From a virus (Duplodnaviria > Caudoviricetes), in IMG/VR virus record IMGVR_UViG_2901201504_000001, positions 32,001 to 96,000 of that record: DNA of 64,000 nucleotides. The stretch is one strand, 5' to 3'. Below, one piece after another: positions 1 through 11,066 of the stretch. The notes beneath the pieces are model-generated. The model saw only the letters and a program-made list of their open reading frames with translations. It was not told where the DNA came from and searched no databases. How positions within the stretch are numbered: the stretch's first letter is position 1; each line of letters starts with the position of its first letter. The translations under genes were made by a program, and so were the position numbers.

Positions 1-371
1 ATAGGATTACCCCACTGATCCCAATCAATTGGAACTCGTTCACCTTTGATTGTGATTGAGGTATTACATAGTTGAATAGTAGCTTTAGAATAAACATCAT
101 TGGTAAGTGGGAGAGTCATTACCAGCCAATTAACTGTAGCATCCTGAACTATTGTTCCTCTATCTATTATATTGGGTCTACATATGATATTTCTTTTTTC
201 GCCTGTAGGATCATTTGAAGTGGATTGAATTACTACTTTGTGTTCTAGTCCATCAATAACTACATTAAAAGATTCACTGCTATACTCAAGAGTATAATCA
301 AGTAAGATATCCCCATCATATTTGATTCTTTCCTTAATATTGGTGTTATGATAATTACTATAATCTTTCAT
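1..371 (-). CDS. SPbeta YomX-like virion/head-tail protein, runs off window start
   Basis: Open frame from ATG at 371 (MKDYSNYHNTNIKER...) overlapping the upstream gene end; position in the head-to-tail operon. Confidence 0.55.
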   Translation of the reverse strand, partial: MKDYSNYHNTNIKERIKYDGDILLDYTLEYSSESFNVVIDGLEHKVVIQSTSNDPTGEKRNIICRPNIIDRGTIVQDATVNWLVMTLPLTNDVYSKATIQLCNTSITIKGERVPIDWDQWGNP

Positions 372-600
372 TATCATCACTCACAATCACAATAGAATCA
401 GCTAATCTTGAAATATCTCCACTTGTATCCAATATAGTATTTCTCAAAGCAGATAACTGCTCATTATCATTTAATTTCATTCCTAAAAATTTTTCTAAAT
501 GATATAAAGAAGCATTGTTTTTCTTGCCAATTCTTTTACAATAATCATCTAATTTCTCATACTCAAATCCATCTTCTTTTTCTATTTTCACATACAACAT
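358..600 (-). CDS. Hypothetical virion-module protein (YomY-like position)
   Basis: 80-aa ORF coupled to its neighbours; synteny. Confidence 0.5.
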   Translation of the reverse strand: MLYVKIEKEDGFEYEKLDDYCKRIGKKNNASLYHLEKFLGMKLNDNEQLSALRNTILDTSGDISRLADSIVIVSDDNERL

Positions 601-1007
601 TACAAAAAATCCTCTGCTTGATTGATTATCAATCTTTCAATATATCTTTCTTGTTCTGTTACTGAGTTATTTAGGGAATTAATTTGAGTTGAGAAGTTGC
701 GTAGACCAATATCTTTTTGAAATGGATTTAACAATGTTTCATAATAAGTTTTTTCATTCTTATAAAATACAAGTTTTATAAAGTTAGCTAGAATGAGTAA
801 TTGGTCATCATTCAATTCTGCATCTACAGACTCCGTTAAATCATCGCACTTAATATTAGTTCTCATTCGATTATTGAAAAGGAGAATGCCGTTATTGATT
901 TTTGCATAAATCTGTTCATCCGTTTGTGGGATATTAATATCAGGTGTTTTACAGTTATCTAGAAAACTTTTCCAAATTTTATCGTAAGAAGTAGACAAAA
1001 TAATCAC
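600..1007 (-). CDS. Putative head-tail adaptor (YomZ-like)
   Basis: 135-aa helical ORF two genes after the capsid gene; synteny. Confidence 0.5.
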   Translation of the reverse strand: MIILSTSYDKIWKSFLDNCKTPDINIPQTDEQIYAKINNGILLFNNRMRTNIKCDDLTESVDAELNDDQLLILANFIKLVFYKNEKTYYETLLNPFQKDIGLRNFSTQINSLNNSVTEQERYIERLIINQAEDFL

Positions 1008-1010
1008 TCC

Positions 1011-1475
1011 TTAACCAAAAAGAATATTTACATCAACATTCATCCACTCGGCAAGGAAATCTAATTTACCTTTAGTTAATTCATCTTTTAAAGTAGCTGC
1101 AGTATCGATTACAAATTGTTTTTCTGAATCAACAGTGATTTTTTTTAGTTCAGATTTCATTTTGTTAATGTTACCTGTTAAAATCTTAATGATTTCCTCT
1201 TGTGAGTTTGTATTAGAATTATAGATATCAATCTCAGCAATACCATCTTTGATTTCTTTAGTAGTTTCGTTGTCTTCTACAATAACTAATTCACCTTTAT
1301 CAAAACAAATACTGTTCATTTGTAGCCATTCTACTACTTCTTTAGGCACTTCTTTAACATCAGTTCTACCATTTTTAGAACCAGTCCATGTCCATTGACG
1401 ATTAGAACCATCTGCATTATATCCAACAAAATATTCTGTATTACGATAACGTGCTAATTTAATTTTTTCTGTCAT
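1011..1475 (-). CDS. YonA-like virion protein
   Basis: 154 aa, RBS AGGAGG, directly after the capsid gene. Confidence 0.55.
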   Translation of the reverse strand: MTEKIKLARYRNTEYFVGYNADGSNRQWTWTGSKNGRTDVKEVPKEVVEWLQMNSICFDKGELVIVEDNETTKEIKDGIAEIDIYNSNTNSQEEIIKILTGNINKMKSELKKITVDSEKQFVIDTAATLKDELTKGKLDFLAEWMNVDVNILFG

Positions 1476-1544
1476 TTAATAATCCTCCTAATTTCCTTTA
1501 AAAAGGGAAGACGATGAATCTTCCCATATTAATTACTGTTATTT

Positions 1545-2564
1545 TTATAGGGAGACCGCATTCGATTGCTCTTCAATTAATCCAATTGCTTCTCCGAAGA
1601 CAAGATTAATAGCTGCGTCTTGAGTAATTTTGATTTTAACTCTTTCATCTTCAATATCAGTTTCAGTCATTTGACGTAAGCCACCATATTCAACAATAGA
1701 GAAAGGTTTTTGTTCAACACTTCCAGCAAACATATATCCCTTATTAATAGCTAATTCGACTTTTGAGTTTGTTTCATCAGTGAATGGGTTAACAAGATTG
1801 ATTGCAGTAGTACGTCCAATAGTTGAAGGGTTTAATGAAGTAAGTAGCTCTTCTTTGATTTTGTCTGATAGAAGATTTTTATATGTAGAATCAGTAGCTT
1901 GTTGCATTGCAAAGTAGTCAATCAATAATGTATCAGCTACAAAAACAGGACGACCGCCATAACGTTGAAGAACAGATGCTAATTTATTGTATTGTGCTAA
2001 TGTAACACCTGAGCCAGATTTCACATTAGAAGCAGGGATTTTCCCACTAGTAATAGCTGTAGCTGTTAATTCGTTGATTTTATCAAGATATAACTTGATT
2101 TTTGCATCAGCTACACCATTTACAAGTTTACGAAAATATTCTTCTGATTCTCTAACTAAGTCAAGTGGTTCATAATAGAAACCTGTTGAAAGATGTTGTG
2201 GAACTGCAAAGATTGATTTGCGCCCTTCTACACGTACTAAATCAACGCCTGAACCTGTTGCAGACCAAACGACTTTAGCTTTGTTCTTTTGAGGGATACG
2301 AATTTCTTTGATATTTCCACGAGTTTCACTATCAACGTTAGCAAATAAGCTAAGTAAGTTTGTAACTGCTGGTTTTGCAATCTCGTCAGCAGTTTGAACA
2401 ACTAAAGTATTAAATTGGTGAAGAGCAGAAGGGTCTGGATTTACAGAACCATCTCCAAAAACTTTAGTAATATAGGCTTTGATATCAACCGAATCTTCTT
2501 TTTCCATTTTGTTATTATAAACTCGGCTAAATAAGCCTTTTAATTTAACAGTATCTAATTTCAT
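1545..2564 (-). CDS. yonB: Major capsid protein (SPbeta YonB-like)
   Basis: 339 aa; N-terminus MKLDTVKLKGLFSRV resembles recalled YonB; follows scaffold/decoration genes; hairpin GGGAAG..CTTCCC downstream. Confidence 0.8.
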   Translation of the reverse strand: MKLDTVKLKGLFSRVYNNKMEKEDSVDIKAYITKVFGDGSVNPDPSALHQFNTLVVQTADEIAKPAVTNLLSLFANVDSETRGNIKEIRIPQKNKAKVVWSATGSGVDLVRVEGRKSIFAVPQHLSTGFYYEPLDLVRESEEYFRKLVNGVADAKIKLYLDKINELTATAITSGKIPASNVKSGSGVTLAQYNKLASVLQRYGGRPVFVADTLLIDYFAMQQATDSTYKNLLSDKIKEELLTSLNPSTIGRTTAINLVNPFTDETNSKVELAINKGYMFAGSVEQKPFSIVEYGGLRQMTETDIEDERVKIKITQDAAINLVFGEAIGLIEEQSNAVSL

Positions 2565-2594
2565 GATAAAACTCCTTTTTAATTAATTTATTTT

Positions 2595-3131
2595 TTAGGC
2601 TTTGATAACTTCAAAGCGTACTGTTGGTTGACCTAGAGTGTACCGAATGTCTTCTTCATTACTTACTACTAAGAATTGTGCAGATGATGTTGCAAAATCG
2701 GCATGTGCAGCAGATGAAGTTGAAATGATAAACTTTTTAGTAGCAACGTCAAAATGAGCTACTTGTCCATTTTTAATTTCTGTAATACCAGCATTCAAAG
2801 TAAATGCAGATGATTCAAAACGTGTGTAACCAGCTTCTAAAAGAACACAACGAACTTGTTCTCCAACAGCATTATAGAAATTGGCAATTGATTCACCTAG
2901 ATAACGTGTTTCAGGAGCAGCAACTAGTACAGCTTTTTTATCTTTAGCAGATAATTGTTTTACTGTACGTTCACCTTCAGCATTAAAACCTAGCTCACCC
3001 AATGAAAAATTATCAATTGGAGCACCTTCTACGATTGCACCATTTGCTACTGTTTTAATCTTTAAGCTGTTTAAGTTTCCGACAGCGTGAGTTCCTTGTG
3101 TTTGTAAAGCATCTAAAATACGACTACCCAT
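2595..3131 (-). CDS. YonC-like head (decoration) protein
   Basis: 178 aa between scaffold and capsid genes; strong RBS. Confidence 0.6.
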   Translation of the reverse strand: MGSRILDALQTQGTHAVGNLNSLKIKTVANGAIVEGAPIDNFSLGELGFNAEGERTVKQLSAKDKKAVLVAAPETRYLGESIANFYNAVGEQVRCVLLEAGYTRFESSAFTLNAGITEIKNGQVAHFDVATKKFIISTSSAAHADFATSSAQFLVVSNEEDIRYTLGQPTVRFEVIKA

Positions 3132-3166
3132 AATTCATTTCCTCCTATTTTTAAATTAATTTATTT

Positions 3167-4660
3167 TTATAATGAATATCTGCTATCAAAAGAATCATCA
3201 GCAGGTAGTAAGTTTTCTCTCTTACTTGCAAACTCTTTGATTGCAGGGGATTCAGTTTTTGTTACAACATCTACTAAATCAACTAACATAGTATTTAATT
3301 GCAGGATAGCTTGTTTACCTTCGTCAGTTTGATTAATAGACTTTTGAATTAAGCCTTGTACTTCTTCAGATTCAAATTTTTCTTTAGCGTTTAAAGCTTC
3401 AAACTTAGTAGAATAAAATTCTTTCTTCTCATTCAAAGATTTTTCAACTTGTTCAGTCTCAAATTGTTCTTTAAAAGGTTTTAATTCTTCAACTAAACTA
3501 TTAAGTTGAGTAAGTTTATCAGTGGTTGTATTGAATTTTTCTTCAAGATCGGATTTATCAGTTGTTAAAGAATTAACTTGTGATTCTAGCTCACCAATCT
3601 TAGTATCTTTTTCGTTAAGTTGAGTTTGAATTTCTTCGACTTTTTCAGTTTTTAGCGTTAATTCATTTTGTACCGATTGAAACTCAGATACATCAACCCA
3701 ATCACGTTTAATCATAACTTCTGTCTTTGAATCTAAATCCACAGTAACTACATCACCGTCTTTAGAATAAGTGTATTTAAAATACTTATCATATTCATTT
3801 CCTTCAGCGTAACTATATATATTTGCTACAAAATAGCTTTCATAGACATCTGAAATCCATGAATATGTTTCGTTTTCAAGTGACGTATCTAGTTGACCAT
3901 AAAGTAATGAACGAATATCTTGATGCGAAAGCTCATTGACTTTTTTAAAATACTTCATGTTATCTTTTTCCTCCTTTAAAGCATTTTGTTGATTTGCTTG
4001 AGCAACCAACTTGTTAAATTTATTTATTTCATTAAAACTTAGTAATCTAGATGAATCATAAGCAGGTAATACAATATTGTGATCACCACGATTTTCACTC
4101 GCTAAAACTGCGTGGCCTTCGAAATAAATAGGGGAGTGGTGGTATTCTATACCATCTTGAAATGAATAATTATTATATAAATATTCACAACTGGTATTCA
4201 CTTTAATTCCGTTGTTGTGCCATTCAATGATTAAGTCGATAGCGTCTGTGTACCTGGAGTACCACATTACTGCATCAGCAGCCATTACTTCCTTATCTTC
4301 ACCGTTAATATTTACCGTAGTTAAATAGCCTTCAGAAGTGAATACGCCAATTGCAGTAGTATTAGTTTTTATTACTTGTTCACCATATCTGTTCTCACTT
4401 AATGTTTGCTCATGGCTGCCAAAATTATCAGTAGGGGTATTAGCTTCTTCAACATCATTATATTTAGCTACAATTGGTTTATTGATTAGAGTTTTAGCAC
4501 CTTCTAATGCGACTTCTTTATCAACAATTACATTATTATGTGACTTTTCAAAATCCATAATGATATATGTACAAGGGATGATAGTTGGATCAATTGATTC
4601 CCTTATTTCATTTAGGACTAAGTTCAATTGATGCTTTTTTTTCAAATGTTTTCTCACCAC
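3167..4660 (-). CDS. yonD: Prohead protease/scaffold (YonD-like)
   Basis: Globular N-terminus plus long acidic coiled-coil C-terminus; located between portal and capsid. Confidence 0.7.
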   Translation of the reverse strand: MVRKHLKKKHQLNLVLNEIRESIDPTIIPCTYIIMDFEKSHNNVIVDKEVALEGAKTLINKPIVAKYNDVEEANTPTDNFGSHEQTLSENRYGEQVIKTNTTAIGVFTSEGYLTTVNINGEDKEVMAADAVMWYSRYTDAIDLIIEWHNNGIKVNTSCEYLYNNYSFQDGIEYHHSPIYFEGHAVLASENRGDHNIVLPAYDSSRLLSFNEINKFNKLVAQANQQNALKEEKDNMKYFKKVNELSHQDIRSLLYGQLDTSLENETYSWISDVYESYFVANIYSYAEGNEYDKYFKYTYSKDGDVVTVDLDSKTEVMIKRDWVDVSEFQSVQNELTLKTEKVEEIQTQLNEKDTKIGELESQVNSLTTDKSDLEEKFNTTTDKLTQLNSLVEELKPFKEQFETEQVEKSLNEKKEFYSTKFEALNAKEKFESEEVQGLIQKSINQTDEGKQAILQLNTMLVDLVDVVTKTESPAIKEFASKRENLLPADDSFDSRYSL

Positions 4661-4678
4661 CTTTCAAATAGGATGCGA

Positions 4679-6205
4679 TTATGATGAGGGAAGACTATTT
4701 CCATCTGATGTTTTGGTTTTAATGGTATTTTCGTTGGTAGGATCAGTATTCTCAGGAGCACCAGTTTCATTACCATTAAGAGTATGACTTGTTTTGTATG
4801 GCCTAATCTTATCCTGTAATTTAAGAACATCAGTCTCATATAACGTATCTTCCAAATAACTTTCCCAACTCACACCTGCAATGTTGTCAACTACATGTTT
4901 AATAGACCAACCTTTATCATTCAGCTTGGATAGAATGTCTATTTTCTCTTTTAAAGATAATGGGGCTTCTTTGTCATAAACAATGTAATAATTGTCTTTT
5001 TGACTAGAAGGGAGGAGGAGGTTGATCATTTTTTGATACATTTCTTGCTCAATATCTTCAAGCATCACACCTAAACGTTTATAAACTGTTTCGAGGTTTA
5101 GCTTAGCCGAGCTAAAATTTCCACCTTCACCATTTAAAATTGCACCTGATAATCCAAAGGCAGAGTTAATGTCTGAATTGATATGTTCAAATTTCTTTCC
5201 ATCAAGTCCATCTGTCTTAACGTCTGGAAAATCTAGCTTGGCGAAGTCAGGTATTGTAACTACTGTTACACCATCTTGATTATTTTTTTCTAATGCGTTC
5301 TTAACTCCAGAGTGAACTTTCTTCTTAAGAGGAGGTGGAAGTTTCAAGTTCGACAGTTCATTATTCTTTTCATTACCAATATGGCCTATGGTAAGTACAG
5401 CAACCGCATTAATAACTTTGTTTGCTATAGATTGTTCAACATCTTTTAATTTCTTCTTATGTAAAACATCATACATACCAGCCGTAATCCATGATGTACC
5501 TAACTTTTGATTTCTTTTTAGTGTTCCTGTTCGTAATGGAAATGTTCTTTCTTGAGGTAATTCTACATATCTTTTATTTTCTTTATCTTTAAGATAACTG
5601 TTATACATTGCTTCAGTTACAAAAGGAGAAAGATTATTAAACTGGATTTTTCGATAAGAATCCTTCATATCTTCAAAATAAGCCATATCAATCACGCATA
5701 CCCAATCACCATTAGCACCACGATAAGCAGGGAAGATGTGCTTTACATCATCAAATATCATAGGATAAAGATTATTCTTATCACCGAGCCATATTCCAAC
5801 AAGTGTTCCAGCAGTTGCATTTTGCTTTAATGTGTCACGAGTTAGTCGTTTATGTTTAACCTTATGCATAGCTTTATTAATCATTGAGATGTGCTTATCG
5901 TTATTTTTAGGTTTTTCATGGGAATCAATTTTATAATTGAGTGTAGGGAGGGCTTCTATTAATTCGAATAATTGATGTATTTCAGCAGAAGATATGTAAT
6001 AATATTGAGCTAAATCTTCTATTTCTTTTTGGTATGTATCGGGATTAGAAAAGTATTTTTTTAGCGTTTTTGCGTCAACTTCATTTACAATACCTTGTGA
6101 AAATAGATTAGAAATAAAACCATCTACATATGTGGAAATGTAGGATTGATAATCGTTGACCATGCGTTGATATTCTTCTGTATCAATTTCTATGTTATTA
6201 GTCAT
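4679..6205 (-). CDS. yonE: Portal protein (YonE-like)
   Basis: 508 aa directly after the large terminase; size and synteny. Confidence 0.75.
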   Translation of the reverse strand: MTNNIEIDTEEYQRMVNDYQSYISTYVDGFISNLFSQGIVNEVDAKTLKKYFSNPDTYQKEIEDLAQYYYISSAEIHQLFELIEALPTLNYKIDSHEKPKNNDKHISMINKAMHKVKHKRLTRDTLKQNATAGTLVGIWLGDKNNLYPMIFDDVKHIFPAYRGANGDWVCVIDMAYFEDMKDSYRKIQFNNLSPFVTEAMYNSYLKDKENKRYVELPQERTFPLRTGTLKRNQKLGTSWITAGMYDVLHKKKLKDVEQSIANKVINAVAVLTIGHIGNEKNNELSNLKLPPPLKKKVHSGVKNALEKNNQDGVTVVTIPDFAKLDFPDVKTDGLDGKKFEHINSDINSAFGLSGAILNGEGGNFSSAKLNLETVYKRLGVMLEDIEQEMYQKMINLLLPSSQKDNYYIVYDKEAPLSLKEKIDILSKLNDKGWSIKHVVDNIAGVSWESYLEDTLYETDVLKLQDKIRPYKTSHTLNGNETGAPENTDPTNENTIKTKTSDGNSLPSS

Positions 6206-6229
6206 TTATTCACCTCCTGTTTTGTTAAT

Positions 6230-8002
6230 TTAGTAGTAGACGAGGTCATCGTCAATATCATAATCATCAACACTACTATTCAATTTTCTTTCTAGTAAAG
6301 TGGCAACATAATTTCCGTAAGATGAACTACTGTAGCGGTCTTTACGCTTACCATTAGGTTCTTTTAACTTAACTTGTCCACTATCATTATATTCTGCTTC
6401 TAAGTTAATCATTTCATTTATTAATAATGTAAATTGAGCATAAGATGACATTAACATTGCTTTTGTTTCTTCGGGTAGATTTTCATACCCTTTATATTTT
6501 CTCATTTGCTCTCTACCTTCAATTTCATTAATAGGTAGTCTGATTCTACCTCGTTTAAATCCATCACGGAAAAGATATGCAATTTCACTATTCAATTTTG
6601 CACTTGCTTTTATACTATAAATTATTTTATCGGCATTTGGATAACTACATCTTTCCGCCATTGTTTCATCATTGATACAAGAAATAGGCTCATACTCTTT
6701 GGAACGTTCCTTATCAAATAATGGTTGTGTTAATTGGTCAAAGATACCTAATCCAATGTTTTGAGTATCAAGAACCATATAGTCGCAATCAAAATCTTCA
6801 TACAATTGTCTAATTCTTATGGCTTGGGTAACTGTATTTCCACCAACCATACTTTCCATATAAGAGAGATATCGATCATAGCCTTTAGTAGTAGGAATCA
6901 GCCTTAATATTGTATAAACAGAGGCATCGTTATCTTTACCGGCCATAGCAGCGATGTCACAACTAACTAATCTTATTTCACCTGTTTTCTTTGTTTCATA
7001 TTTGAAAGAAACATCCTTAATTAACCCATAATAATCAGGCGGGAAAAGGGGAGCTGCTAATTTTCTATTTTTCTCTAAGTCTTCAAATTTAAAGAACGCT
7101 TTCTCTGATTCTCCGAACCAAAGAGCTTCCATTTCCATAGCCCAACCAATTTCATCAAAATCTTCTTCCGACATTTCATCTTTTACTTGTTCCTCATCTA
7201 GTAGTCCTTCTTTAATAGCTAATTGATAAGGTAGTCCACATACGAAGTATTTAGCTGATTTCATCATCGAATTGTAATAAGTGAGGAAACGATTAAATGA
7301 CCAATGTGATTTATACCAACATGATGATAAATACACTTCTTTGTTTCGTTCTTTTAAATGAGCATATTCATCTTTTTCAAGGTATTTTGGGGAGCGTGGG
7401 GCAGTTAAAAATTTCCGCAAAACTTTTGAGATAACTTGGAAATCTACCATCCTAAATTCATCAACGATAAGTAAATTAGCACGTTTACTTCTTGCTCCAT
7501 CATTAGAAGCTACAATTTTAATCCAGCTACCATTATGGAATTCAACTTTAGCATCATTAGTTGAGGTTTTTAAATCTGATATTTCTCTAGCTAGGTTAGG
7601 GGAGATTTTCCTCAAATCATCAATCTTTTCAATAACTTCTCTAGATTGCCCCTTCGTACCACTGGCAATTATTATTTTAGTTTGAGGAAAGAGGATTGCT
7701 CGTACACAGCAATAGATGGAGGTTAAAAAAGTTTTTCCTTGTCCACGACTTGCTAGGTACATAAAATAATGATTATGATTCATCATGAAGATTAGAATGA
7801 TTTGGAATAACTTGAGATTGATTCCTAAATATTCTTTAACAAATCTATGTGGATTAGCTCGATAAAAAGAAGCCCATATACCAATACCGTCCATCAATCT
7901 TTCAGACTTAGATTTTTTGTTAAAATTTCTACCTTTTTTGAATATATTTGTTCCACGATGTGCTTTATTTCTATCGACTTCAAAATTATTAATGGATGCC
8001 AT
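6230..8002 (-). CDS. yonF: Terminase large subunit (YonF-like)
   Basis: Walker A ASRGQGKT, Walker B LIVDEF, nuclease motifs SCDIA and KDRYSS. Confidence 0.9.
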   Translation of the reverse strand: MASINNFEVDRNKAHRGTNIFKKGRNFNKKSKSERLMDGIGIWASFYRANPHRFVKEYLGINLKLFQIILIFMMNHNHYFMYLASRGQGKTFLTSIYCCVRAILFPQTKIIIASGTKGQSREVIEKIDDLRKISPNLAREISDLKTSTNDAKVEFHNGSWIKIVASNDGARSKRANLLIVDEFRMVDFQVISKVLRKFLTAPRSPKYLEKDEYAHLKERNKEVYLSSCWYKSHWSFNRFLTYYNSMMKSAKYFVCGLPYQLAIKEGLLDEEQVKDEMSEEDFDEIGWAMEMEALWFGESEKAFFKFEDLEKNRKLAAPLFPPDYYGLIKDVSFKYETKKTGEIRLVSCDIAAMAGKDNDASVYTILRLIPTTKGYDRYLSYMESMVGGNTVTQAIRIRQLYEDFDCDYMVLDTQNIGLGIFDQLTQPLFDKERSKEYEPISCINDETMAERCSYPNADKIIYSIKASAKLNSEIAYLFRDGFKRGRIRLPINEIEGREQMRKYKGYENLPEETKAMLMSSYAQFTLLINEMINLEAEYNDSGQVKLKEPNGKRKDRYSSSSYGNYVATLLERKLNSSVDDYDIDDDLVYY

Positions 8003-8939
8003 CTACAACATCCTCATCTTCAGATACAGGTTCTTTTACTGTATATTTATTAACCTCATCCCAATATTCATCCTCATAATCATTTTTAATTCCAAGCATT
8101 CTAGTTAAATGACCTAAGAAAAAGACTCGAATATACTTACTTATTCCATCAACATCTTTCCATTTAGAATCAGGCTCAGGAATTGGCTGTTCATTTTCAT
8201 ACTTTTTAATAAGAGTGCCAAATGATTCTTGTTCAACAGCATTTGCTCCTGTTTCTTGAACTGGTTTAAGATTACTAGAACCAAGTAAATCTTGTAATGT
8301 TTTAAGTTGTTGGTCAACTTTTTCGTTTAAAGCTCTACGTTTCTTTATGTCTAATTGTGTAAGGCATATTTCTTTAATAAGCAATTCCATACCTTTGGAA
8401 TCACATTCATACCTATTAAGAAAGTCTTCATATTCACTGTGCAACCAATAATAGTCTTCACTATCAAATCCTCTACCAAAGAATTTGATTAATTCATTCA
8501 TATCAAGAGTTTCTTCTTCACTAAAATTCAGTTCTACTTCACTTGATGTGCTAGGAGTAATTGCTTTATTGAAATCACTATCATTCCATGTCAAGTCTCT
8601 ATTTTGCTTCATTGCTAATCTACGCATATATTCTTTAAAAGGATTAGTGGGATTAGTAACAAATGAACCCTCGTAATCTTCGGTGAGAAAAGGTCTATCA
8701 ATAGATCTGAGTACATTTTTTAGTGACTCAATATTTTTGAAATCAATAATTTCTTCCAAGCAAAGTTTACAGATACCTAATTTTCCATCTGAGTGAATTA
8801 AAGTTGAGGATGCCATATAATAATCGCTCAACTTTTTCTCTCTTTTACATTTTGAGCAACGTTTTGTTTCTACATTTTTACTAATAATAATCACCACCAA
8901 TTTTTGTGCAAAATAAAAAGAACATTTTATAAAACACAC
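7989..8939 (-). CDS. yonG: Putative terminase small subunit (YonG-like), N-terminal Zn finger
   Basis: CxxC...CxxC motifs; overlaps the terL start; true start probably slightly downstream. Confidence 0.6.
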   Translation of the reverse strand: MCFIKCSFYFAQKLVVIIISKNVETKRCSKCKREKKLSDYYMASSTLIHSDGKLGICKLCLEEIIDFKNIESLKNVLRSIDRPFLTEDYEGSFVTNPTNPFKEYMRRLAMKQNRDLTWNDSDFNKAITPSTSSEVELNFSEEETLDMNELIKFFGRGFDSEDYYWLHSEYEDFLNRYECDSKGMELLIKEICLTQLDIKKRRALNEKVDQQLKTLQDLLGSSNLKPVQETGANAVEQESFGTLIKKYENEQPIPEPDSKWKDVDGISKYIRVFFLGHLTRMLGIKNDYEDEYWDEVNKYTVKEPVSEDEDVVDGIH

Positions 8940-9075
8940 AAGTAGGGAAGGGAGAGGGAAAACCTACTCATGTGCTTCTAAAACGTTCTAAGAAAGGGGA
9001 AGGATGATGTTTTCGAGGTAATAAAACCTCAATGCTACACTCAAATTTATTAAGTGCAGCTTGAAACTTCATTAT

Positions 9076-9336
9076 TCAATAATCATCATCTTCAATAAAT
9101 TCATGTTCACATTCTTCTAAATCTTGAAGATGATTTATAGCAACTTTAGCTTGATCAATTAGCATTTGCTTAACCGACCAAAAATTCACGTCATCAAAAA
9201 AGTCATGGAGTAAATTCTCTATGACTTGTGGCTCATCTTTATAATTTAGAATCATTTCCAGGTAATCCTGTACAATATCATCTGGATTTTCATTAGCATC
9301 TTGTACGACTAATACATTAGGATAATTATCTATCAT
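9076..9336 (-). CDS. Acidic hypothetical protein
   Basis: 86-aa ORF with RBS GGAGG. Confidence 0.5.
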   Translation of the reverse strand: MIDNYPNVLVVQDANENPDDIVQDYLEMILNYKDEPQVIENLLHDFFDDVNFWSVKQMLIDQAKVAINHLQDLEECEHEFIEDDDY

Positions 9337-9402
9337 AATCTTAACCTCCGATTAATGAGGTAGAGGATTATTGATAATCATACCTATTTTGTATTAATTT
9401 AT

Positions 9403-9621
9403 TTAATGACAGTAACCACAGTCACATTCCTGTTCATCATTTCCTTCTAAGAGAGCAATCTTTTCATTTACATCATCAATAATTGCAGCTTCATAACCAT
9501 TAGAGAATCCATTTTGGAAAATCTCTTCAATCATCGCTTTTAATTCATCAAAAGATTCAGCTTGACTAACTTGTTCTGCGTATCCTTCTATTAATGAGCA
9601 AAATTCACATGTATGTTCCAT
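9403..9621 (-). CDS. Small Cys-containing hypothetical protein
   Basis: CxxC at both ends; coupled to the yonJ-like gene. Confidence 0.5.
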   Translation of the reverse strand: MEHTCEFCSLIEGYAEQVSQAESFDELKAMIEEIFQNGFSNGYEAAIIDDVNEKIALLEGNDEQECDCGYCH

Positions 9622-10841
9622 TAAGCACCTATCTTTCTATTTAATTGAATGTTATATGTACACAATCTAGATTCTTCTTTATCAAATATAATTAATTTCT
9701 GTGCAGCCTTACTTGTTCTACGAATATCTTTGGCGTATTCATCAACACCTGCAAAGCTTGAATTAACAATAATCTCAACCTCATGTGTCTCATTTTCTTC
9801 ATGGTGATGAGTATGTCCCATAACGATATAATCAGGAAATTCTCTAGTCATCATGGTTAAATTTTGAGCAACATTATGTACTTTATCTTTGTGACCATGA
9901 ACTCCAAATACTTTATAACCTAAAATGTCAGCTACAATAATTTCTTCATCATATTTATTTTCCATAAACACAACATTTTCAACGTGCCGTAATCTCTCTT
10001 TTAACCACCAAGGCACTAAATCATTGAAACTTTCTTTTGCGATTTCATCCTTTTTATTCGGTGTTACACGATCATGATTTCCACGCACGTTATAAATTTT
10101 GATATCTTCAATTTCATTAGCAAGTTTCGCAATTGCTTCAGATAAATATTCTGATACTCTCATAGTTTGAGAGATAGCATCTTCTGTATTGTTAATGCGT
10201 GTAATAAGATGAATCAATCCATTAATCAAATCACCAATCATGAATAAATGAAGAGTTTTAACTTTATTATCTTTGCAATATGTAATAGTTTTATTGATTA
10301 ATTTATCTAAACGAATTAGGAATTCTTCATTATTGAACTCATTCCAATAATTTTTAGTGAACAATCCATAATGCAAGTCAGATAGCAATAGTAGCGCTTC
10401 ACGCTCATAAGAAGATGGTAGGGGAGTAGACCATTTTAACGGTTTCTCTTTTGAAAGGTTATGTATTTCTTTAATCATCTCATCACGAACATGTTCAATT
10501 CTAGCTTGTTCACGAATAAGTTTCATGTATTCACGTTTTTGATCTTGTTTACGAATCTTTTCTTTTTCAGACTCAACTCTAATTTCTTCATATTTACCAA
10601 GAATCTCTTTGTCTAAATTTTTATTGATAATGTAATCTTTCCATTTACAGTACTGCTGATAATCCTTACGGAATTTACTTTCATCATAATTACTACCATA
10701 TTCTTTATTAAGTAACTCAGTAATAGAGTCTTTATCTAGACCATATTCTGATTTATTTTCAAATAATCGAATGAGATAATCTCTGAAACTTTCTTCTGAA
10801 GTACGATGTAAAATAGTATCTATCATGCAATCACTCTCCAA
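9621..10841 (-). CDS. yonJ: Calcineurin-like metallophosphoesterase (YonJ-like)
   Basis: Motifs SDLHYG, GDLING, GNHDR, HGH, GHTHH. Confidence 0.8.
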   Translation of the reverse strand: MESDCMIDTILHRTSEESFRDYLIRLFENKSEYGLDKDSITELLNKEYGSNYDESKFRKDYQQYCKWKDYIINKNLDKEILGKYEEIRVESEKEKIRKQDQKREYMKLIREQARIEHVRDEMIKEIHNLSKEKPLKWSTPLPSSYEREALLLLSDLHYGLFTKNYWNEFNNEEFLIRLDKLINKTITYCKDNKVKTLHLFMIGDLINGLIHLITRINNTEDAISQTMRVSEYLSEAIAKLANEIEDIKIYNVRGNHDRVTPNKKDEIAKESFNDLVPWWLKERLRHVENVVFMENKYDEEIIVADILGYKVFGVHGHKDKVHNVAQNLTMMTREFPDYIVMGHTHHHEENETHEVEIIVNSSFAGVDEYAKDIRRTSKAAQKLIIFDKEESRLCTYNIQLNRKIGA

Positions 10842-11016
10842 AAGTAACTTCTTTAGTCTCTTTAAACATGATATTTAATTGTTTACCTTCAAGTTCAGCG
10901 ATAACATCTGACAGTACATGGACAATTTCTTCTTCCTTTGTATGTTCGATGATTGAATTATCCTCTAATGAAATATAAGCGTTTTGAAAATTAATATTAA
11001 ATGATTGCTTTGCCAT
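10831..11016 (-). CDS. yonK: YonK-like small protein
   Basis: 61 aa immediately upstream of the yonJ-like gene, as in SPbeta. Confidence 0.6.
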   Translation of the reverse strand: MAKQSFNINFQNAYISLEDNSIIEHTKEEEIVHVLSDVIAELEGKQLNIMFKETKEVTFGE

Positions 11017-11066
11017 CCTAATTCCTCCCTTAATCCCTTTAAAATTTGTATTTTATTAATTAATTT